IMG/VR virus record: IMGVR_UViG_3300041411_000178 | Location: 62,001 to 126,000 of that record | DNA length: 64,000 nucleotides | Reading direction: 5' to 3' (one strand) | Shown: positions 57,945 through 64,000 of the stretch, in pieces | Layout of the letters: each line of letters begins with the position of its first letter | How positions within the stretch are numbered: the stretch's first letter is position 1 | Made by a program: the position numbers and the translations under genes | The notes under the pieces: generated by a model | Told to the model about the DNA's origin: nothing | The model's input: the letters and a program-made list of their open reading frames with translations, nothing else | The model's database searches: none

Positions 57945-57974
57945 GTAACCTACCGGGGCTACCCGGTAGGTTAC
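57945..57974 (+). terminator. Hairpin terminator
   Basis: 13-bp stem GTAACCTACCGGG/CCCGGTAGGTTAC with T-runs downstream. Confidence 0.8.
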
Positions 57975-58021
57975 GGTCTATTACGCATTTTGTTTTTTTA
58001 AGATACAGCCGGTTTCACGTC

Positions 58022-58029
58022 TATATTAC
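58022..58029 (+). promoter_or_regulatory. Early promoter-like TATATTAC
   Basis: Exact match to the phiKZ early promoter consensus, upstream of a cluster of small genes. Confidence 0.6.
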
Positions 58030-58085
58030 TTGGGTGATTAAGACAATTAAGTCTTTCATAATTAAACCCAATGGGAGTTACAACT

Positions 58086-58418
58086 ATGTCCACTATGTCT
58101 CAAGCAGATCGCGCAGCAGCAATGAAAGCATTCAGCGGCGAACGTGATACTGGCGTACGCGTTGGTCAAATTGCCGGCGTAGCTGGTGCACTGGTTGGTG
58201 CAGCGGCATGTGTATCCCAGGGTAGTTCTCTGGGCAGTGGCCTCGCAGGTGGTGTAGCCGGTGCAGTAGCCGGTTATGCAGTTGGTACCCTGTGGGGTGT
58301 AGCAGAACTGAACGCTACTGGCAAGATCATCAGCGGCACCATGTCTGGTCTGTTCGGTGTAGCAGTAGCCAGCTCGGTCTGCTCGATCGTTGATTGTTTC
58401 GTTAACGAGCCTCAGTAA
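58086..58418 (+). CDS. Small glycine-zipper membrane protein
   Basis: Start at MSTMSQ after GGAG. Three hydrophobic G/A-rich segments with GxxxG repeats. Confidence 0.65.
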   Translation: MSTMSQADRAAAMKAFSGERDTGVRVGQIAGVAGALVGAAACVSQGSSLGSGLAGGVAGAVAGYAVGTLWGVAELNATGKIISGTMSGLFGVAVASSVCSIVDCFVNEPQ

Positions 58419-58453
58419 TTCCACTAGGCTCTTATTAAAGGAGTTTTAAAAAG

Positions 58454-58714
58454 ATGGTCGCTAAGATCTTTGACAAGCTGATGGGTTTCTCCACCAGCGA
58501 CTTTCCTAAGTCTGAAGTCGAGTTGGTTCGGTTTCGCACTATGTTGGAAGTTCTGCGGAACAGTGCAGTTGCAGATCGCGACCAGGAACTCCTGGAGAAC
58601 CGCCTCTACAACCCACTGGTTAAAATGGAAGTTCAGCAATTTCCGAAGACACTGAAAGATCACATGGTGTTCAACGGCAATCTGCTGAACCTGTTCACGG
58701 CCAGAGCGGCCTAA
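58454..58714 (+). CDS. Small hypothetical protein
   Basis: 86 aa, AAGGAG upstream. Confidence 0.7.
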   Translation: MVAKIFDKLMGFSTSDFPKSEVELVRFRTMLEVLRNSAVADRDQELLENRLYNPLVKMEVQQFPKTLKDHMVFNGNLLNLFTARAA

Positions 58715-58720
58715 GCGGTG

Positions 58721-58750
58721 AATAAAGGGGAGGTCACACTTCCCTTTATT
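58721..58750 (+). terminator. Hairpin terminator
   Basis: AATAAAGGGGAG/CTTCCCTTTATT followed by T residues. Confidence 0.6.
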
Positions 58751-58776
58751 TTTTCTCTCCTTATAAGGAAGCAGCC

Positions 58777-59142
58777 ATGTTACTTAAACTTCATCACCCA
58801 GCTGTAATGGGCGCATCGGTGATTGACCAGATTCTGGACTATGTAACAGGGATGATCGTCGTGAATGCGTGGCCAGATGATATCCGTAACTCCAAGGATA
58901 TTATCACTGAGCTACGTATTGTAGTAAGTGAAGATGATTTTCTTGCTACACTGAATCACTATCACGCTTTCCTCTATGTAGGAACGCCTGAGACACTCCC
59001 CAGGACGTTTGCAAGCTTCTACCGGCACCAGCCCTTTAAGGATTGGGTCATCCTCCTTAAACCTAAGGATAATCGCCTAGCCGATCCTGTCTACATTTTC
59101 TCGGCTAACAACCCTACTCCTCCATCCCCTACGCTTCATTAG
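58777..59142 (+). CDS. Hypothetical protein
   Basis: 121 aa, AAGGA upstream. Confidence 0.65.
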   Translation: MLLKLHHPAVMGASVIDQILDYVTGMIVVNAWPDDIRNSKDIITELRIVVSEDDFLATLNHYHAFLYVGTPETLPRTFASFYRHQPFKDWVILLKPKDNRLADPVYIFSANNPTPPSPTLH

Positions 59143-59151
59143 GAGAACTGC

Positions 59152-59739
59152 ATGACTGACATGAGCGAAGTACCAGAAAAGTGCTACAAGCATTTGACTG
59201 ATGAAGACCTGGCGATTCTGCTGGGAGGCTATCGGGTTATCAATTACAAGGATACCCCAGATCGGCTGAAAGGTGTTGACGTGCCTACTGGGCTGGAACT
59301 TGTTTACGAGATCCAGCGTCGTCTGAAGTTGTCGGGTCCTAACATCAGTTGGGATCAGGCGGTCGATCGTCGAGCACCTGTGGTAGAGGAAGAACCATAC
59401 GGCCTGCCACAGTCGTTTTCCTTGGCAGGATTACTCACAGATGAAGGTCGCTTACTTAAACAGTTCAAGCTGATTCTTCATGGACTGACGCTTTATAAAA
59501 CATACCCTGATTCGTGGCCTGACAGCATACAGGTGTTTGAGCAGTTCAAACAATTCCTGACGGATCAGCGTGAGGGTGCCATAAGAGTTAATAAGCCTAC
59601 TGTTGATCTGGTGGTTGTTATTCCAAAGGAAGATAACGCGGTCCTGCAAGAGATCAACCGTCTCAACAGTGAAAGCGGTCTACCGCGAGCGTTCTGTTTT
59701 GTGGCTTACCGTTATAACCTCGAAGAAGTTATGTACTGA
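59152..59739 (+). CDS. Hypothetical protein sharing an N-terminal domain with 59836..60471
   Basis: 195 aa, AGGAG upstream. Confidence 0.7.
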   Translation: MTDMSEVPEKCYKHLTDEDLAILLGGYRVINYKDTPDRLKGVDVPTGLELVYEIQRRLKLSGPNISWDQAVDRRAPVVEEEPYGLPQSFSLAGLLTDEGRLLKQFKLILHGLTLYKTYPDSWPDSIQVFEQFKQFLTDQREGAIRVNKPTVDLVVVIPKEDNAVLQEINRLNSESGLPRAFCFVAYRYNLEEVMY

Positions 59740-59744
59740 GATAA

Positions 59745-59766
59745 CTGTGCCGGGTGACCGGCACAG
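59745..59766 (+). terminator. Hairpin terminator
   Basis: CTGTGCCGG/CCGGCACAG followed by a T-rich tract. Confidence 0.65.
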
Positions 59767-59835
59767 CAAGTCTTCTTTATTTTTTGCATTAACATCCTTT
59801 GTAGAAACCCATCCGTAACCAAAGAGAGAGAACCG

Positions 59836-60471
59836 ATGTCTAATACTTATCCGCATCTCAACAATGGTGACGTGGCCAACCTGCTGGCTAACCATCGTCT
59901 CGTGCAAGTGAACCCGGTCGAGCAGCGTTACGCTAACGATCCGTTCCCGACTGGCGATGGCCTGATCGCAGAGATCAAAGAGCGTCTGAACTCGGCCCCT
60001 GGTGATCTGGGTGGCCTGCCATCCGAAAACGAGCCGGTTGTTCAGCGTATGACGCCTGAAGCCGCTCTGAACAACGTCACCTCGATCTCCGACCTGGACA
60101 CCCTGACCGATCACTACTCGGCTCTGCTCATCGAAGCAGCCCCACTGGTGGAAGGCAACGAACTCGCTGATGCCATCGGTGACCTGAAGTCCCGCGTGCT
60201 GACCGTGGTATCTGAAGGTCTCGAACCAGTGCGTATCGAAACTCCGGCCAAAGGCCAGAGCGATGCTGAACTGGTAACCCTGTATAACGGCATCAAAAGC
60301 CTCGAAGACCTCGAAGCTGCACTGAGCGCCGAACACGGTGAAGAAGTTCTGCTGGCTATCGTTGGCATGACTGACCGCATCCGTGCTTCCGTCATCGCCG
60401 CACTGCCCCCTGCTGAGAAAGTAGCAGAAGAACCTGCACCTGAGCAAGAACAAGCTTCTGACCAAGCGTAA
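59836..60471 (+). CDS. Acidic hypothetical protein sharing an N-terminal domain with 59152..59739
   Basis: 211 aa with strong codon bias. Confidence 0.75.
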   Translation: MSNTYPHLNNGDVANLLANHRLVQVNPVEQRYANDPFPTGDGLIAEIKERLNSAPGDLGGLPSENEPVVQRMTPEAALNNVTSISDLDTLTDHYSALLIEAAPLVEGNELADAIGDLKSRVLTVVSEGLEPVRIETPAKGQSDAELVTLYNGIKSLEDLEAALSAEHGEEVLLAIVGMTDRIRASVIAALPPAEKVAEEPAPEQEQASDQA

Positions 60472-60482
60472 GCAGCCATAAG

Positions 60483-60520
60483 GCTAACCCTCCTACCCCG
60501 CAAAGGGTAGGAGGGTTAGC
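60483..60520. terminator. Bidirectional terminator between convergent genes
   Basis: 16-bp stem with loop CGCAAA; GCAGCCATAA at 60472-60481. Confidence 0.85.
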
Positions 60521-60544
60521 TATGTGGTTTTTCTTTTTTGCTAC

Positions 60545-63500
60545 TTACTCGTCTTTCGATCCGTTGAACGGATTGTACGCTTTGCCACCTGGATCTTTAT
60601 CACCAGCTGGTTTATCAGCGTCTTCTTCCGCTGGAGGATTGTCCGCATCATCAGCCGCAGGCGGCGAATCAGCCGGTTCATCACCAGGCATTGGAGGACC
60701 GAGATCGTCACCAGTGCCAAGATCCCCGTCACTAGTATCAAGGCTTTGATCGTCGGTACCCGTACCCGGCTCCACAGGAGCATCATCAGGTCCGCCACCA
60801 AGGCCACCATCAGTATCAAGCCCATTAGCACCTTCCTCAGGTTCTGGTTCAGGAGGCGCCAGTTTCTTCGCCAACTTCTCACCGTACTGCGAGTTGAGTT
60901 TCTTGTTGGAGTCGGTAATCCCTTCAATGAGGTCAGCAACAAAGGTTGCGGTGTTGATACGTTGGTGGATCATCTGTTGTACAAACGACGCGATACCACC
61001 ACCTTTACCTTCGTTAACAATATCATCAAACGGCATCGGCAAGTTAAACCGACGGAATGCTTCAGACGTCAATGCCGACTTAACCATCGATTTGATTTCG
61101 ACGTCAGTGAAGTCTTCAGATTGAATATTCAGCGCCTTCAAGATCTGAGGCAGCACACCGTTGTTACCCGCGGCCTCTTCCCAAGCCGATACCAGTGCTG
61201 TTACAGCGTCCAAGCTATCCTTCAGCTTGTTAGTCGACTCAGTGCTGGTAGGTACTGGTAGGTAGACGTAGATCGAGGTAAAGAAGTCCGCCAAGATAAC
61301 CTTGACCTTTTCCTCGTCAGTGCCTTCCAGTAATTCCTTGCTATCAGGCTTCCAGAGTTTCTTGTTGTCCAGAATACACTGAACAAGGTCTTGCATCAGA
61401 GGACCGTTGACTCGGGTATGCTTGCGCATGAAGTCAATCAAGAAGTCGCAGATCATTTCCTGCCAGTTGATCGCCTGGTTAAACACCATCTCGTATTCAG
61501 TCACCGCTTCAATCTTGAAGTTGTTCTGATCGTCCGCCACATCCAGCCATGCACGAGGCAGGTTGAAGTAGTTGGAAATGGAGTTCATTACAGCATCCCG
61601 GCTGGCCGGATCAACGGGCTTGAAGTTATCCTTCTGTTTACCCTGGGTACTGATGTCCGGTGTAGGCAAGTGAACGTTGTCACCGGCGTTAACCTTAACC
61701 GACAGAGACGCTTCTCGCAGCGCATCCACAACCTGGGGTACGGATAGTTGAGCCGTCGACAGGATGGAGTGCAACTTAGGGTTGGTGTCGAAGAAGGTAG
61801 CCCGCGCAATTGCAATGGTTTGTTCTGGGTCAGAGTCCTCCTTCTCGATGTTAATAACCATCTCGGTGTGAGGCTGAGCTGCTTCCAGGTTGGCCAAGGC
61901 GTCAGCGACGTCGTAGGCTGCCAGACGAGCGATGTGAGTTTTAGCCGCTTGAGTCAGAGACTGACCAATGCCCAGACGGTTGTACTTGATAGCGCCGTAC
62001 GAAACAGCTTCGCCCGGTACGTACAAGCAACGCACACCTTGTTTACGGAAGATACGGGATAGGAAGATCTTGTTGACCTCTTCATCCAGCGTGATACTGA
62101 CGCTGTTACCCTTGTCGCTATAAACAGAAGAGATGAACTGACGAACAATGCTCTTCTCAGCCATGTCCGCGAACTCAGACATATCGAAGTCACAAGGGTT
62201 ACCCGACTGCACAGCCCGCAAGGAAGAGATCAGCGAGTTCTCGCTACCCATCTTGTTCTTGTTGGCGATGCTGTCCTTGTTCTTCTTCAGGGACTGGTAG
62301 AACTCTGGGTCATCAGTGTTCTTGAGGAACGCACCGGTCTCTGGGTCCAGCAGAATGATGTAGTCATCGATCTTGCCGTTACTGCCGTTGAAGTGAATCG
62401 GGAAGATCGCTTCGGAAGGGATGTGCCAGCTCAGACCACGACCGTAAGGCGCCACGCTCAGCGAGTCATTCGACTTGATGAACTGCAACGACTGAGAACG
62501 AATGTTGCGCGACTTGAATACCGAAGCATTCAGGTTGTTCAACTGTTCCTCATTCAGGTTCATGGTGGTGGCTTGTTCAGGCTTGTCCTTGCCAGCCTTA
62601 GCTGCCTTCTTAGGTTTTCCGTCCTTACCCGCGTTCTTCTCATCTTCTTCCTGCTGCTTAGCCAGGTCGGCGTCCCGTTCCTTCTGGGACTTCATAGCCG
62701 AGGAGATGATGTTGTCAAAGCTTTCTGCACCCATCACCGACTTGATGTCACGATCGCGCTTAGCCTCCTGGAACTTCTGGAGGTACAGTACGGCCGGGTT
62801 GTCGGTGATGGTGATCCCCCATTCGTTCTCGGTGTCTACTGCTGGGTCAAAGATAGGGAACTCTTCTTCGACGAAATCAGACCCGGTGGTGAACAATGCT
62901 TCCAAACCACTGACCGCACCGGCATTAGGTGTTTTCGGAGCATGAGGGTTACGAACAAAGCGACCCTTGTTCTTGACCTTGGTCTTACCATCAGCGAAAA
63001 CGAACTCGGCATCCAGCTCGCTTTTGGCCTTGTTGAACTCTTCGTTACCAGTCCGTTTGGATGGGTCAACTTCGGAGCCGTTGATCAAGTAATCCAGGCC
63101 AGGACGACTCAGGTTAAAGATCGCGTAGGAGCCCGTATTCCACATGATATCGTCGAGCATCTTCTTCAGAAGCGACTCGATCTTATAGTCATTGGTGTAA
63201 TAATCGTCCCAGATGGCCAGCAGGCTGGTGTGCAGAGCCGCGTTTTTAATTTTTGTGCTCTGGGTATCGTAGGTCAACATTTTGTCCTGTTTCCCGTTAG
63301 GGTACAGGATGATCGTGTTCCAGATCAAGTTGGCCTTATCAATCATCGGTGTAATGGCCCGCAGGTCATATGCCGAGTTGATGTTATTACTGATAATGTT
63401 GCTCAAGCGATTAAGCTTATATTCGTTGATGGTTTTTGTACCACCAACCTCCTCACGATCAGGAGCGACCCCATTTTTAGGCGTTGCATTACGCAAGGTA

Positions 63501-63598
63501 GCTGCAATCGCTGGCGACACATTCTTGATGTTTTCACGAATCTTGGTGTAGTCGACTGACCGGTTACCACGAGTCGCGGTGCGCGTTTCGAACCCCAT
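60545..63598 (-). CDS. Portal protein (phiKZ gp129-like)
   Basis: Start placed at MGFETR (GAGG upstream). Large helical protein with GxE sites, T4 gp20-like LPRAWLD and FKIEAV segments, and an acidic P/G/D tail. Synteny fits. Confidence 0.7.
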   Translation of the reverse strand: MGFETRTATRGNRSVDYTKIRENIKNVSPAIAATLRNATPKNGVAPDREEVGGTKTINEYKLNRLSNIISNNINSAYDLRAITPMIDKANLIWNTIILYPNGKQDKMLTYDTQSTKIKNAALHTSLLAIWDDYYTNDYKIESLLKKMLDDIMWNTGSYAIFNLSRPGLDYLINGSEVDPSKRTGNEEFNKAKSELDAEFVFADGKTKVKNKGRFVRNPHAPKTPNAGAVSGLEALFTTGSDFVEEEFPIFDPAVDTENEWGITITDNPAVLYLQKFQEAKRDRDIKSVMGAESFDNIISSAMKSQKERDADLAKQQEEDEKNAGKDGKPKKAAKAGKDKPEQATTMNLNEEQLNNLNASVFKSRNIRSQSLQFIKSNDSLSVAPYGRGLSWHIPSEAIFPIHFNGSNGKIDDYIILLDPETGAFLKNTDDPEFYQSLKKNKDSIANKNKMGSENSLISSLRAVQSGNPCDFDMSEFADMAEKSIVRQFISSVYSDKGNSVSITLDEEVNKIFLSRIFRKQGVRCLYVPGEAVSYGAIKYNRLGIGQSLTQAAKTHIARLAAYDVADALANLEAAQPHTEMVINIEKEDSDPEQTIAIARATFFDTNPKLHSILSTAQLSVPQVVDALREASLSVKVNAGDNVHLPTPDISTQGKQKDNFKPVDPASRDAVMNSISNYFNLPRAWLDVADDQNNFKIEAVTEYEMVFNQAINWQEMICDFLIDFMRKHTRVNGPLMQDLVQCILDNKKLWKPDSKELLEGTDEEKVKVILADFFTSIYVYLPVPTSTESTNKLKDSLDAVTALVSAWEEAAGNNGVLPQILKALNIQSEDFTDVEIKSMVKSALTSEAFRRFNLPMPFDDIVNEGKGGGIASFVQQMIHQRINTATFVADLIEGITDSNKKLNSQYGEKLAKKLAPPEPEPEEGANGLDTDGGLGGGPDDAPVEPGTGTDDQSLDTSDGDLGTGDDLGPPMPGDEPADSPPAADDADNPPAEEDADKPAGDKDPGGKAYNPFNGSKDE

Positions 63599-63619
63599 AT
63601 GAACCTCACGAGTTAAACT

Positions 63620-64000
63620 ATGAATAGTGTCGATCTGGATAAGTATCACTCGGACACTTTCAGCCTAGTTCGCACCATGGTTATCAAAATCGAGGCCTTG
63701 GCCGAACGAGATAACCTAGTGTTGACACAAGCTGGGGAATCCGTCTCTTCGGACAAAACGACATGGCGTTATTACATGAACCTCAATGGGGATTACCACC
63801 CTACTGATGAAGTAATGTGGATCAACTCCATTGATACTGGTGAACGGATTATCTTTAACAAGGATAATCTGAAGTTGCACCTCGCGACAAATCGAGAGTA
63901 CAGCAAAGGCGGGTATTGGTTTAACCGTCTTGCCGACGTATACCCAGGGCAGACTGCCTTGATTAACGGCATACTTGCACCGATCCCGTACTCTGAAACC
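63620..64000 (+). CDS. 3'-truncated virion structural protein divergent from the portal (phiKZ gp128/gp130 class)
   Basis: Open from ATG 63620 to the window end: MNSVDLDKYHSDTFSLVRTMVIK...SDKTTWRYYMNLNGDYHPTDE. Not in the supplied ORF track. Confidence 0.65.
   Translation, partial: MNSVDLDKYHSDTFSLVRTMVIKIEALAERDNLVLTQAGESVSSDKTTWRYYMNLNGDYHPTDEVMWINSIDTGERIIFNKDNLKLHLATNREYSKGGYWFNRLADVYPGQTALINGILAPIPYSET

Noticed and set aside
1-64000. tRNA, rRNA, CRISPR array, integrase or transposase
   Set aside because: No cloverleaf, repeat-spacer array or recombinase/transposase motif seen by eye. tRNAscan-SE and a CRISPR finder would confirm.

Overview
This window looks like part of a nucleus-forming jumbo myophage genome (phiKZ-like, Chimalliviridae, probably Pseudomonas-infecting). 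Gene order follows the phiKZ core from about gp65 to the portal. It starts with a nucleus and transcription block: ChmC-like, gp68-like, PicA-like and gp70-like genes, non-virion RNA polymerase beta and beta' fragments, and an SF2 helicase. Next come a virion RNAP beta' fragment, the exonuclease-bearing half of the split family B DNA polymerase, and a long virion morphogenesis block. The window ends with DnaB, the major capsid protein, the nvRNAP beta N-terminal fragment, a short early accessory cluster and the portal. phiKZ gene numbers come from remembered motifs and synteny, not from a database search. The best second-look items are: (1) a T TTT TTT slippery site that would fuse a 575-aa gp26-like ORF to an overlapping -1-frame ORF with no clear start, like the lambda G/GT tail chaperones; (2) an Ala-initiated class 3 (WCT) intein with a decayed LAGLIDADG domain in the helicase P-loop; (3) a recurring hairpin + TTATGGCTGC element at transcript ends; (4) a strong G-X-E bias in putative prohead-protease sites of head proteins; (5) a HExxH metallopeptidase with membrane segments among the virion genes. 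No tRNA, rRNA, CRISPR array, integrase or transposase was seen.
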